From: Hydrolagus affinis
Taxonomy: Eukaryota
DNA: 64,000 nucleotides
Assembly (NCBI GenBank): GCA_012026655.1
Contig: JAAILG010000172.1
Location: 62,001-126,000 of the forward strand
Direction of reading: 5' to 3'
Part shown: in pieces, positions 13,005 through 25,852 of the stretch
How the letters are laid out: every line of letters begins with the position of its first letter
How positions within the stretch are numbered: the first letter of the stretch is position 1
Translations under genes and position numbers: made by a program
The notes under the pieces: model-generated
Seen by the model: only the letters and a program-made list of their open reading frames with translations
What the model was told of the DNA's origin: nothing
The model's database searches: none

Positions 13005-13420
13005 TTCACTTTCAAGGCCATTCAGAGTCTTGCCCCTTCCTATCTCTCTGACTTGCTGTCTCCATATGAACCTCCCCGCCACTTCTGTTCAATGGGCTCC
13101 AGCCTGCACCATGTCCCCCACCCAACGTGCCCTATGGTGGATGGTCTTTCAGCCTCTCTGCCCCCACACTCTGGACTCCATCCTACAGTCCTTTTGCCTC
13201 GCTTCCTCCCTTGCCTCATTCAAGGCTGGTCTCAAGACCCTCCTCTTCGATCCTTCCTTCTGCTATCCTCCCAACTCTCTCCCTCCCTTCCTAACTCTCT
13301 CCCTGCCCTTTCCGCCTACCTGCCCCTCCCCGTGCTTGGGTCCTGACCTGACTGTTCAGCGCCTTGGGACGTCCTCCCGACATGAAAGGCATTCCAACAA
13401 TGTAATTTTGTTCTGGTTGT
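13005..13420 (+). mobile_element. L2-like LINE 3' fragment
   Basis: Remnant peptide TFKAIQSLAPSYLSDLLSPYEPPR is typical of the L2 ORF2 C-terminus. C-rich 3' region and ...gcgccttgggacgtcctcccgacatgaaaggc tail. Confidence 0.75.
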
Positions 13421-14813
13421 TGTATATGGCACCTCAATATTAAGCACTAGAAGCGCTAGATAATATCTTAGAAAAACTTTTTCCTTTTGGTATTTTTGTT
13501 TTAGGGGCCTGAACTCCATCATTTTACGTTATTTTTCCACGAATAGATTGCTCTTTGCCACAAATCTACAAACCTCCCTAAAAACATGATGTAGTTTCTC
13601 TGCTTTCCGGCTGCTGGAAGTGCAGCTCTGAAACAGGCTTGTGAGTTGTGCATCAAAAGTACTGGTGCCTCCCAGAGCAATGTGCCAGAGTGTCAGAAAA
13701 ACAGCAGTCTGAGGATACAAAGAATGTGAACCCCTGCATCATCTCTCCATGACACTTTGGGTTTTCCGAATGTACGGTACTCTAATTTCCTTCCCTCATT
13801 GCCTTTTTTCCTTTGTTTAATATTTAAAGGTTTCTTTTGGATTAAATGAGTAAACATTCTTAATGTAACTATTCAGATATTTAGTATCAGTGAAATAGAA
13901 ATGAAACATTAGTCTTTTTTTCCCCCTAACTTTTGCTAAGTATTGTACAGACATCAAGGGTCTGTTATCCAGGGCACTTTATTTGAAAAAATCAATGCTC
14001 ACTCTTTGAAAATAAATTAGACTGTATATTAAAAGTCATCAGGAATATTCTAGAAACAAACTGAGCTATTCAGCTGTACTCGTGTATGTTTAAATGTGCA
14101 GTAATATGTTATTGTAACAAGATCCTTAAAATTTTAACCACATTTATAAGTTGAAAGAAATTCTAGGGAATTATTATCCACTTTGGCAGTAAATTAACTT
14201 GTTGGCGTTAGTTTATCCAGGCATTGTAAACTTACAGCACAAAATTCCCAGTGGATGCCCTAGAGCATGTCTTAGAAAAGCTTCTGCCTTTTGGTATTTT
14301 CCATAAATTCCATAAATTTACCAATGAGCAGAAAACAGGCCCAGAGTAACTAAAGCTGCTAAGGAACCAGGGAAACTCATGTTAAAATCATTGATCTCCC
14401 AATTGCTTGAGCACATTGTTCTGGGAAAATGAAACACTGCAAAGTGGTACATTTTATTTTATGCAGATCATAGCCTTTAACCCTTTGAAGACAGCAGGCA
14501 GAAGCCAAACAATTGCTGCCTTGGTTCATTCTTAAAATACCATGGGACAAGTATCATTCTAGCTCCCTGTCAACTCTTTGAATTGAACTGTACCTTGTAA
14601 TATTTAGTTTTAAACATTTACAGAGAAACTAATTTCCCTCAGCTATTCCATGTTTAAAGAGCTGTACATAAAAGTCACTAGTGCTTCCAGAGTTAAACAT
14701 GTTGTACTTGGATGAGTGAATACCCATGAACTAGAAAGGCATAGTGATAGTTGTTCTATAGTTGATAGACAAACTGATTTGTACATTTTTATTGAAATGA
14801 TTATGCCAAAAGT

Positions 14814-14921
14814 TCAGGCCCACTCAACACCTGGCTCATCCATTCGAAGTATGAGAAAGGAGAGAAGCTGAAAAAGATTTTGCCAAAGTAGCAACAAGAT
14901 GAAAAAGGAGAGATCGCTTAC
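14814..14921 (-). CDS. CRB1: Exon 11 read-through (11b): alternative hydrophobic C-terminus of a CRB1-B-type isoform
   Basis: The frame stays open past the donor: VSDLSFFILLLLWQNLFQLLSFLILRMDEPGVEWA*, closely resembling the mammalian CRB1 exon-11b tail (VSSLSFYVSLLFWQNLFQLLSYLILRMNDEPVVEW..., recalled). AATAAA at 14788-14793 (minus). Confidence 0.9.
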   Translation of the reverse strand, partial: VSDLSFFILLLLWQNLFQLLSFLILRMDEPGVEWA

Positions 14922-15048
14922 ATCCATTTCGCATCGGTCACCAACAAAGCTCATGTCGCAGATGCACCGGAACCTGCCGGGCAGGTTCTGACACAGGCCC
15001 CCATTCAGACAAGGGTCCGATTCACATTCATTAGCGTCCATTTCACAC
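14922..15048 (-). CDS. CRB1: CRB1 exon 11 (EGF-like)
   Basis: cccggcag|G TGT GAA...ATG GAT|gtaagc; 127 nt; CEMDANECESDPCLNGGLCQNLPGRFRCICDMSFVGDRCEMD. Confidence 0.96.
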
Positions 15049-15874
15049 CTGCCGGGAGAACAGTCACAGACTGATTTGAAACCAAAATGCTTCAGTGGTA
15101 AACTTTACTGATATACAATTCTTATTTCAATGAAGGAATGTATCATTTGCCACAGCGATAGAGTTTTTACCAAATTGTCATCATCATCATAGCAGCTAAA
15201 GTTAAAGTAAACCCCAAAGCACCTCAGTAGCAATGCAGGAGCCTTTAAATGTGAATTGAATTTCCCCCAAATCTGCTAAATGAATTCCTAAAACATAAAA
15301 TTAGTTAAAATGATTATACTGATAAATATCTGTATCAGCCTGACTCAGTTAGCAGCCTCTCAGTCAAAAGGTTGTAGATTCTAGCCTCAACTTGGGACAT
15401 CCTCCTGACGTGAAAGGCGCTATACACGTAATTTTGTTGCTGTCGTTGTTGTTGTTATTGGATTAGCTCAAATTCTAAACTGATGCTCCAGTGGAACTCT
15501 GTCAGAGTTGCCTTTCTTGGAATGAAAATTAATTACTAAGGTGCTATCTGCCTGTTCAGCCGACATTAAAGATGCCGTGGCACCATTCAAAAAGAGAAAG
15601 GCATTTCTCCTGATGCCCTGGCTAACAATCTCCCATGTAAAATTAATCATTCACTTCATGACATCCAGTTTTGGGGGCACTGCTGTGCTCAAATTGGCTT
15701 CCACTTTACCTACAAAGCACACAGTCACTGCACTTTACAGTAAGTCCTGCAAACCTTTTGCAATGTCCTGACATTGAAAGGCACCTGTATATCAAATGCA
15801 AGATTATTATTGTATTGTACTGTCGCTTCATTTATTTGGCAGAAACATTATCTTGCCTTACATAGGTTAATAAA

Positions 15875-16077
15875 TTACTAATCCCTGCATTTGATATTGT
15901 GCTTTTCACATCTTCTAGACATCTCAAAACATTTCACAGAATATACTGTAAGGTGAATTGACTGTATATTTGTGGGTGAAACACGGCAGCCAATTGAACA
16001 CAGCAGTGTCACACGAACAATCATGGATTGAAATGACCAATTTATTATTGTATATTTTTCAAGGGATTATTATCAGT
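15875..16077 (-). mobile_element. SINE body and tail (5'-truncated)
   Basis: Matches the 3' two-thirds of the dominant SINE (atccctgcatttgatattgtgcttttcacatcttctagacatctcaaa...). Confidence 0.8.
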
Positions 16078-17337
16078 CTCTATATTTTGGAAGTGCAGGC
16101 TGTTTTCTAAAAAAAAAACAATTCAATAAAAAAAATGAATCAGTCTGGAGCTCTGCTCTTTATACCCACTGGAAGAGGAGGCTTTAAGGCCAGTATGGTT
16201 CACACCCACCGCACTATAAAATGGCTGGAGTGACTCGCACTCCTCTATAATCTGTTGAAACCTCTGGGAGCTTTGAACAGACTTTTTTCTTAATATTATT
16301 AAAGCGCTGATGGTGGAAATTACATTTTAAAAATATTATTTAAGATTACTTTTTATTTTAAAGTCAGATGTTGGGCATTTATATTTCGATCTTGATGGTG
16401 AGTGGAATAAGTATAAAGTATGTTTCATTGATTGCAAATAGGCACAAGCAGGGTAACAGCTAGTAACACAATCTTCGGTTTCAAATAACATATAGAAACC
16501 ACTCCAGCTATACTCCCACTGTTTCTGACAACATCTGATTGAGTTACTGTTTTGCAAATGCAATCCATTACCCTTCCCATACTGGAAAGGTCATACGATA
16601 GTGTGTGGTTGACTTCAGTTGTGCCTTTTCAGAAAATCCTAAGACTACATTAGTGCTGTAACCAGACATTGTTAAACAATGAAGGCATATAAAGTATTTT
16701 CAGCACAGCAAATACTGCTTTATACATTATGTGCAATGACGTGGCTTTAGAAGTACAGCACTATTCTGTATCTGAAATAGAGATGAGACAAATCCAGTGT
16801 AATACAAACAAAATTGTTGGAAGAAAGGCAACAAAGCATGTATGCATAACTGTTTGTTTGATTTTTATTTTACTCTTAAGTTAAAGAAGCTTAACAGTAG
16901 CCCAAATCTGTGTCCAGGCTGCCTTCAATTTTAGAGCACTGGAGAAATTCCTCCTCTCCTCGTCGCTCTGGGATAATTCTATTCATTGCGTATACTGATA
17001 GCCCAACAAGGGCTGATAACTAGTATGAATAAGTTTCATTTCCCATCACTGGATCATATATTGACATGAAGCAGGAGTAATATTCAGGACCCATGCCAGC
17101 CTAGCTCAGTTGGTAGCAGTTTTGTTTCTGAGAATCGTGTGGGCTCAAGTCCTGGGTCGGGACTTGGAACTAACATTCTCGGCTGATGTTCCAATATGGT
17201 ACTGCAGTGTTGTATCCTGTGAAACCTCTAAGACATCCTTGCAATGTGAAAACCTCTACATCAAGTGCAAGGAATTACTATTATTGTTAATATTGTTTAG
17301 GGAGAGCTCATAATATCCCTTTTGGGGTTTCGCTTAC

Positions 17338-17469
17338 CGGTTTCCACTGAATCCCATTGGACAGTTACACCTGACGTTCTTCTCAACTGTACAGTTTCCC
17401 CCATTATAACAGGTCCAGGTCCAGTTTTTCTTTTTATCAATGCAAAGTGTAGCTAAAAGTCTAGGATAC
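17338..17469 (-). CDS. CRB1: CRB1 exon 10 (EGF-like)
   Basis: cattgtag|G TAT CCT...AAC CG|gtaagc; 132 nt, phase 2 to phase 2; YPRLLATLCIDKKKNWTWTCYNGGNCTVEKNVRCNCPMGFSGNR. Confidence 0.93.
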
Positions 17470-17760
17470 CTACAATGATGAATATGAAATGGATTAGTGT
17501 CATGAACTGTACTTGTAAACATGTGTACACCAATCAAATGTGTAAATTCATATACATGTTACTGTAGTTAAGTTTTTAATCTTCCTTCTATCTGTGGCAA
17601 CATGCTCACAAAAGATGAGAAGTGACTGAACTGGAGAATGCAACATATTTTCCCTGATTTTACCCCAGAAACAACAGCTAAGGATAGACCGGTACACACA
17701 ACGCAAAGTGTAACATTGGTGGGATTCAGTGCTTAAAAGTGACGGAATACAGTCTTTTAC

Positions 17761-17792
17761 GCATAATAAGTGGAACTTGCGCTTGTCGTATT
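17761..17792 (-). CDS. CRB1: Candidate 32-nt microexon in intron 9
   Basis: Perfect TACTAAC branch point at 17826-17832, acceptor tgcttcag|, donor GC|gtaaaa. Encodes NTTSASSTYY(A) if preceded by the 19591 microexon. Confidence 0.45.
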
Positions 17793-18869
17793 CTGAAGCA
17801 TGATGGGGTCTAAGATGAGCAACTTGTTAGTAACTAGTATCAACCCCTGTTGTAAGCAGATGTGCTTCACATTCACCAGGATCTCCTTCACACATGATGA
17901 ATACACAATGAACTCTTCTTTGTGAATCCTGCTCACACCCTGCACATTCCCCTTGGAAAGCTGATTGCCTAGTCTGTATTTTTTCTTTTTTGAGGGGAAA
18001 TTCCTTTCTAGCATAGAATTAAATCTAGTTTGGTTTTGCAAAGGTGATAGTATAATCTTCAGATCAAGTTCACACAAAATGCTTGCTGAGTTAGCCTGGA
18101 TTTGCCTGTTCCTGTGCTCTGAGTCACTGCCTAGCATGAATAAATGCACGTTGTTGTTGTCATTGTTTGTTGTGGTTGTCATAGTCAAGATTTTCCACAA
18201 CTAACAATTTTGCATGTGTAGGATTCTACAAACTAATTTATATGGACACTTCAGTAGCTAAGCTTTGTTACTTTTCATTTCGAAAGATCCTACGTATTGA
18301 ATAGGGTTGAAGTTAATTCATATCTCAGCAAAGCTATTAAAAAGGTTTAACCTTGTTGACCTCTTCCATCCACGTGATTTACAGCCATGGCTCGTCTGCT
18401 TTTCACAAATACAGAGCGGCTCAGAGCATTATCACTTAAACACTCTCAAATATCCCGATTTGATAAGCCAGCAGAAAAGCTGCATTTGACAGCCATGAGG
18501 GAGTGCATGAAAGCTGTTACTAGTTGCTCAGAATAGAATCAAGTCACGTTGTTAACCTTAGACATTGGGGACTTCACCTTTACAGAGGAAAGCTTCTGAG
18601 TTATTAACATTTGCAAGCACCTTGTGGTTGAATTCCTGATTTTAATACTGCCTATATGTGAAACGTTTTATATCAACAACAATCAAATTAATATAAAAGT
18701 CTCTTATCCTACTCATTATAGTTTTGATTACCTTCAAAATGTAGGGAGCAATGGCCTGTGTGGCCAGAGAAGATCATAAGAGAGGTTTATCTTTTGATCT
18801 TATAAAATTTGATTATATCAAATTTGTCTTCCCATTATAGCATCAAATTGTTAAATCAACATGAACTTG

Positions 18870-19190
18870 TATTTATATAGCACCCTTCACATGGGGTTGC
18901 CTCTTGGAGCTCTTTAACAATGGAAAACCTTTGGATAACAAGCCTGAAGGAGCAGGGAGATGACCTTCAGACATGATCTGAAAATGGGGAAGGAGAGGGC
19001 AGGGCGAAAGGATTGAGGAACAAAGTTCCAAGGCGTAGTGGCTGAAAACATGCCGACCGATGGTGGAGCAGAGGACGAGGGACAAGCAGGAGGCTAGAAC
19101 CAGTTCAGCTGAGGCAGCAGGTTGTGGAATGAGGAGTAAGCAGCTCAGAGAGAGGGGGAGGTGCTAGGGCATGAAGGGATTTGTAGGCAT
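18870..19190 (-). mobile_element. Degraded L2-like LINE 3' fragment
   Basis: tttatatagcacccttcac tail plus a purine-rich body (gttccaaggcgtagtggctgaaaacatgccgaccgatggtggagc), typical of antisense L2. Confidence 0.55.
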
Positions 19191-19581
19191 GGAAAAAGCA
19201 AACAAAAACTGCTGAGCTTCCTCACTAAATACATTATCTTACTTAAAAATAAATTGGATATTATTCTGAACTCAGGTGAGGGGGTGGGTAGGCAAGTAAC
19301 TAATGTTAATATTATTAATGTGCACTGAGAAGAATTGATTCTCTATTCAATTTGAAATGAAACTATTACAGTTTAATTCAATTTGAAATGAAACTATTGC
19401 TACAGATATGGGTGCACAAACATTACCACAAGACTGAGGTTTTTTTTTCAGACATCATTAAAACTTTTGATTAAAAGATGTACCACAGATTCTAGATCTT
19501 AAATGGGGAAAGCAAAGGATCACAAATGTACTGTTGACTGACGAAAAGGGTAAAGAAAGAATTCAGAACGTACATTCTTAC

Positions 19582-19600
19582 CGTTCTTACCATACGCAGA
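19582..19600 (-). CDS. CRB1: Candidate 10/19-nt microexon with tandem donors in intron 9
   Basis: Long polypyrimidine tract ttttgtgcttgttcatctttttctgtctctatctctgacag| TCTGCGTATG|gtaaga acg|gtaaga, with two identical donors 9 nt apart. Confidence 0.5.
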
Positions 19601-19844
19601 CTGTCAGAGATAGAGACAGAAAAAGATGAACAAGCACAAAATGGACAATTCTGTCCAGTGTATGAAATAGAGGGGAAAGTGATGGGAAGGACAGGCAGGC
19701 AATGAATTAACATCTGAAAGGACTGACACATTACTGAGACAAGATTTTTAGCCAAGTAAGAAATACAATTCAGAGAGTTGATTGAGGTAAAATGTGTAGA
19801 TTTTCTGTTACATTTCATAATCTAACTTACTTTGACTGCCTACT

Positions 19845-20255
19845 GACAAAGGCACTTGTATTCATTACATCCAGGCTCCACTACGCTAATGCCCTACTTG
19901 TCGGCCTTCCCAAATCCTCCCTCCGTGGGCTGCAGATAATCCAGAACTCTGCAGCCCATGTCATCTACCACTCCAAGCTCTGTGACCCCATTCTCGCCCG
20001 ACTCCATTGGTTCCCCATCACCCAGAGGATTCAATCCGAGATCCTGGTTGCTCACCTTCAAAGCCCTCCATAGTCTCGCCCCACCCTACCTCTGTGACCT
20101 CCCAGCCCCTCCATTCAGCAGGTTCCGGACTGCTCCATGTCCCCCGACTGACCCACCCCCACCATTGATGGGCGAGCCTTCAGCCACTCTGCCCCTAAGC
20201 TCTGGAATTCCATCCCACAGTCCCTCCGTTTTACCCCCTCCCTAGCCTCCGTCAG
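19845..20255 (+). mobile_element. L2-like LINE ORF2 C-terminal fragment
   Basis: ALVFITSRLHYANALLVGLPKSSLRGLQIIQNSAAHV...LARLHWFPITQRI and LLTFKALHSLAPPYLCDL are L2 post-RT motifs; the copy is frameshifted. Confidence 0.85.
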
Positions 20256-20669
20256 TCCCAATCAATATAATCTAGTGTTATATCTTAGTAAAACAATATA
20301 ATGAAAAGATAGGTACAGTAGGGTTTTATATATGGATATGGTAAGCTACAAGAAGGTACCTATAACCCATGGGAAAGTACTCAGTGGAAGGACCAACAAA
20401 TTTAACTTCTTAAAGTGAAAGGAGGAGCTTATACTATATTAGCAAAACTTGAACCAAAAATGATATGTTTGGGTGATGTTCAAGAGTAACTTGCAGTGAT
20501 GTTTCATGCACGGAAATGAAATTGGGGCATCAAACTTTTTTGATCTTAACCAGTTAATACTCAACTTTGTCAGCTCCCTTTTAAAAAAAATCGGCTTTAC
20601 CCATTAGCAAACATAAAAGATTTCAATTGAGAAATGCCACTTATAAAGTGAACTTAGTGAGTGAGAAGT

Positions 20670-20960
20670 TCTTCAGATGAGATGTAAACCGAGGTCCTGT
20701 CTGCCTGAAAAGATGAACTTTAAGGATCCCATGCCACTTTTCAAAAAGGGAAGGTAGTTCCTCCCGGTGTCTTTGCAAACAATCCCCCAATAATAAAATT
20801 GGCTATTCATTTCATGGGTGTTTGTGAGACATTGCTGTGTGCAATTGTGCTGTCACATTTGCCTACAAATGCACAATCACTTCATTTCACAGAAGAGCTT
20901 TGAGACGTCCTTCCAACGTGAAAGGGCGCTATACCAAATCTAAGAATCGTTACTATTATT
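20670..20960 (+). mobile_element. Deu-domain SINE fragment
   Basis: cagatgagatgtaaaccgaggtcctgtctgcc...ggatcccatgccact...ctcccggtgtc core, followed by an L2-type tail. Confidence 0.7.
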
Positions 20961-21069
20961 GAATTATCTATTCACTAATTCACACACAAACTAGACAGAA
21001 TATTTCCAATATAAGAGCAAGCTTACCTGATTGCATTTAATTCTAGTTTTGTAAGACATTTCTACTTAC

Positions 21070-21976
21070 TCACAAAATCTTCCAATGAAGTTAGTAGGGC
21101 AATTGCAGGAGTAACCATTTATGCCATCAATGCATCTAGCTCCATTTGCGCACTTGTGGTTGCGACAGTCGTTTCTGTTTGTTTCACACCGAGTGCCTGT
21201 GAAACCAGGTGCACATATACATTTGTACGCTGATACTTTGTCAGTACAGTTACCATGGACGCAGGGATTAGATTGACATTCATTGATATTGACTTCGCAG
21301 TTCAGGCCAGTCCAACCCGAAAGACAGTTACACTGATAGTAGCCAACCATGTCCTCACATCTGCCATTATTTTTGCAGGGATTGGATGCACAAAGATTGA
21401 TCTTTGGGCAACCTATTAGTATGGTGTTGGAGGATATTTTAACAAATTGTTCTTGCTGAGGCTTGTTAATGTGAATATTAGCACTTTCAAAGTAGGGTAA
21501 GGAAATGCCACCAAGTTTTACAGTGTTCAGACATCCTGCTAAACTGCCTTGCATCTCGGGACCTCCACCACCAAGATAAATGTCGGTTCCTTCTGCTAGA
21601 AAGTTCATGTTCCCATTGGTAACTGTGCTGGTGACAGCCTCTTCTTGCCTGTCTATCTCCATCTGCCATCTGGATGAGTGAAGTAAAGGATCTGTCATGT
21701 AAAGAATCACATTGTGCCACAGACCATCACTAACTGCTGTCAGGCTGAGCATATTCAGGGTGTCCAGGCTGTTCCCACTTTGCATCATAAATATTAAATG
21801 GCACTGCTTGATACCAATGGTAACAAAGTCGTGCTCCTTTTTAGCATGGAGTAAAAACGCATTTGAGTCCCTGGTTCGAAGACTAAATGTAATGTTGATG
21901 AGATCTCTCACAATCTTTCCATTCCCTCTGAAAGTCAGCATGCTTTTTTCTCCTTTAAACGTTGCATTAGCCATGC
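21070..21976 (-). CDS. CRB1: CRB1 exon 9 (laminin G-like 3 plus EGF repeats)
   Basis: gtccacacag|GC ATG GCT AAT...TGT GA|gtaagt; 907 nt; LamG (FSLRTR, SDGLWH, IYLGG, GCL) followed by three EGF repeats. Confidence 0.97.
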
Positions 21977-24175
21977 CTGTGTGGACATAATAAGAGGAAA
22001 CCATGGCAGATGATTCATTTGACACATCTCAGCAGTGTTTTAAGACTTTGCCTGAGTTGGACTTTAACCACTAGGGAATATCTTTACATCACAATGTTCA
22101 CTGAATACCGAACAACTGATATGACTTCACACTGCAAAGAGATGGGTCCTCAACTGTTGAAAAAGCCAATTAAGTACAGTGGTTTCAGGAAATGCAATAA
22201 CTGGATAGATCAGCCTTTATTCGAACATTTTACATTTAAACTCAACTAACACCACCATCTATAATCCAGTTTGACTGACTTCACTTGCTAGAAATCCCCT
22301 TATACCACATTTTCCACATGACCTACATTAAACACTAATAGTGCAAATAATTATCTTAAGTTCAGAAGAGACCCATACTTTTCTCTATGTCACTTTGAGT
22401 TCTTTCCTCTCACAAATTAATGCTAATAATTTGGTTACTTCAATTCACGACTGTGCTGCTTGCAATTGGCCTCTGTGTTTCACACCACAACATGTACAGT
22501 CAATTCACTTTACAGTAAATTCTGTGAAACGCTTTGAGACTTCTCAAAGACATGATAAAGTGCTATGTTAAGTACAAAAATTTAGTATTATCCTTTCTTC
22601 CTGGTTTCTTCACTTAGTTCAGTGAGAAGTGTAAATCTTCTTTGTGAAAGGCATCACTACTTCCCGTTCAGACTGACATGGGGACATCTCCAGTTGCAGT
22701 CAGTAACCTAACCCAGTTACGCTGCCTCACAACACTGAGCAACCACAGCATCCCTGCTTGGCTTCCTCCTTTCACTGCAGCGATTGCAAATACTATAGCT
22801 TAACTGGATCCTGAAATCTGCAAGACGTCTGTACCAGTGCATGCAACCATAGCAGTATATGCCAAAAGACCAGTTGTATTAATGCACACTCTTGCAAAAC
22901 CATGCAAGCAAAATGTACTACCACAGATTGAAATATTATTTACATCAACAAGAAGAAACTCAGGGTTGTGATTCTAAAGTACCTCTGTATTCTTTCAACT
23001 CCTAGATGTCATCAAATACACATAAGCCCCCAATTAATATTCAGCTGTGCTGAATATTTCCTCATAGAAATCAGGTTATCCGATGTATAAATATGTGTGC
23101 TTCTTGTATAAAATAATTTGAAACACGATTGAATAGCAATACAAAATGAATCCACGTAATAGAATGAACAGCAACGATTTGAAGAGTTTTGGCTTTGCTA
23201 GTCTTTTTCAAGAGACACTGCATCATTAACATCCTAGTGTAAAACTGAGCAGCTAGTGTGAAAATGTCACTTTACCTTGCAGTACAACAGAAGGCAGAAC
23301 AGTTTGCTGATAATCTGAGGCAAGCATAATCCTGTTAATGCATATTACAAATGTAGGACACAAGAACATTTATGTAAATAGCTCAGCAGCTAAGAGGAAT
23401 GCACTAAGGACTAAAAATGCCTCCTGTCTACGATAGGTGATATTGGGGTCATGCATTTTTAGCAAAACTGATCAAATCAGCTCAAACGCAAAGATAATGT
23501 ATCGCCATTGTTGCTACACATAGAATATGAGGAATATTTTGTTCAAATGTTCTTAACAAATAGTATGCAGTTATTTAGAATTTTGAGACCTCTGTCTTTT
23601 AAGATGTGGACCATATTCTGAACGAGGGCAATAAGATTAAATGTACTAAGGTTGTCAAAAACAAATGTACTGCTTATAAAAATGTTGGATGACGAAACTC
23701 ACACTCAAGTCATGTTTTGAAATGGTTTCCGATAAAACAATATGTTTGAGTAGCTGAATGTCATCTTAATATTATCAGGGTATCTATCCTAGCGTATAAT
23801 CTGTATATAATCCTCGGGTAAAAAGATCTTCCAAAGAGTGTAGATGTATTAATGTATCTGTTACCACAGGTAGTTGCACTGTAGTCAAACATTCCTATAT
23901 AAATGTATTATTTATGAAGAGTTTAATTGCAGTTATTTCAAATGTTTTAATTTTTCATCATTGGTTCAATGGAATGATGATCAGTGTTGAATGTAACAAA
24001 CTTTGACAATGCATAGCAAATGGGACTTTTCAAAGGGGGATTAAATTATCCCCGTCCCCACCCACCCTCACTCTCTCCAACCACCCCCACCCCACCCCCA
24101 CACACACTCACACGACATCAACCTCAAATGTGCATACTTGAAGAAAGGCCTGCAGATGGTGAACCATTCACTTAC

Positions 24176-24341
24176 AGTCAAACCCATCACTGAGTAGGTT
24201 ACATTGAGAGTTTGATGGACATGGGCTGAGCTGGCACCATTTCACTTGGTCGCACGTTTTCCCTGAAGTATTTGGCGGACATGTGCATACGAAGTCATCC
24301 CAGATGGAGGCGCAAATCCCGCCATTCAGACATGGGTTTAA
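24176..24341 (-). CDS. CRB1: CRB1 exon 8 (EGF-like)
   Basis: Not in the ORF track. ctctgctag|TTA AAC...GAC T|gtaagt; 166 nt; [55 protein letters not shown]. Confidence 0.96.
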
Positions 24342-24427
24342 CTAGCAGAGAAAGAAAACAAATTAAGCTTCAGAGATGAGAAATATTCTACCTGATGGAT
24401 TACATTTAAACACTGAGCTTGACAAGT

Positions 24428-24590
24428 CCCCCTCTGGTTTAATTGGTAGCATCTTGAGCAAAACCGAAGCAAGCAGAGTGGAAAGGTCCCAGGTTCAATC
24501 GTCTGCGTGCTTAGATGGCTGATACAAATGCTTGTATTCAGCCTCAGTGCCCTGTGCTATAGAAGGGGGGAAAAAATCAGTCTTGTGTTT
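24428..24590 (+). mobile_element. Old SINE-like fragment (second family)
   Basis: aaggtcccaggttcaatc (B-box-like) and gcctcagtgccctgtgct...ggggaaaaaatcag; related motifs recur at about 60175-60400. Confidence 0.45.
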
Positions 24591-25852
24591 CCATTGTGCA
24601 TTGTGCTTTGAGAAAACTGTATAGTTGCTAGATTTTAGCCAGCTCTGTCATGCTGCAATGATAGAAATACCCCTCAAAAGGCCCAAGTGACACGCAGTGT
24701 TCAAACCACGGTGTTAATTTATTTTGCAATGAATGAAAAAATAATCCTGTATGTCGAATTACAACTTTTAGATCCAGCATAGCATGGATAGCAAATCAGC
24801 AAACTTCTTCCTCCTCATTTTTAAGCTACGTTGCAATATTTTTTAAAAGCAACTGCTCTGTTTGATCATTCCTTATTCCACACTTCTCAAGCAAAACCCA
24901 GCAGAATACAATGAGAATCCAAATATTTTTTTCTGCCAGTGACAGTGTTTATTTTCCATGTTTTTTTAAGCATGAAGGTAAATCACTGGAGACACCTTGC
25001 TGTTGCCTGTGAACTTACCTATTGCTTTGTCAGCATTTCTGAAAGTGTCATTTCATTTAACCCAATCTCTTTTCCAATGCACAAAATGTGTCAGATAACT
25101 AATAAAAAATGCTCCAAGTAGAACAGCCATTGTTCTTTAGTTCTGTTGTGTATGAGGCAAACCGTATACAATCAAACCTAGTGATGGGTTTGCATTTTAC
25201 CACAGGTGCATACTCCACATTGATGTTTTAAAATGAAATAAGATTCTAATCATGTAATTGCATAAAGCAATGAGGAACTCAATTAAATCCTGATTATACA
25301 TAATGCATTTTAACCCTACAACCTCCAGGTCTATGGATAATCTAATCTACATGCTATCAACTTTTACACATGTTCACCTCACGGAATATGACACTGAATA
25401 AAATATTACTTAACAGTAATAAAGCTATTCAACCATCAGGATGGTTTTATTACTTCAATATTAATTTGCTCTGCTGAATAAAATATTACTTGCATTTATT
25501 AATCTCTGTTGGTTCTCCTGACTTTCCTATACACCGCCAATCATCCCAAGCTGCACTTTGGGGTTGTTTGAGGCTAGCACCAACTCTATTTAGTGGCATT
25601 GGCAGACATACAAACTTTTGCTGCTGTGTTTCACCAACTCCGTTTTCTACCATATGGAAATTGAGAGAGCTACCATTTCAACTTCTGTTATGTGTCTTGT
25701 TTCCATTATGGACAATGGTGTAAATCGAAAATGGGTTTAGTTAATGAAGATCTGTTTAACCCACAAAACCCAGTTACTTTTTACGATATCCTGTGAAATA
25801 CTTTCCCCACATGAAAGATCCTATACCAGATATGAGGATTGTTATACTGTAC

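Noticed and set aside
19344-19400. About 23-bp direct repeat attcaatttgaaatgaaactatt (a similar short duplication occurs at about 25393/25474)
   Set aside because: Two copies only; ordinary local duplication, not a CRISPR-like or functional array.
21021-21045. Strong CAG|gtaagc donor and a 16-nt AG-GT segment just after exon 9
   Set aside because: The upstream intron would be only about 27 nt, and extending exon 9 to this donor meets an immediate TAA stop.
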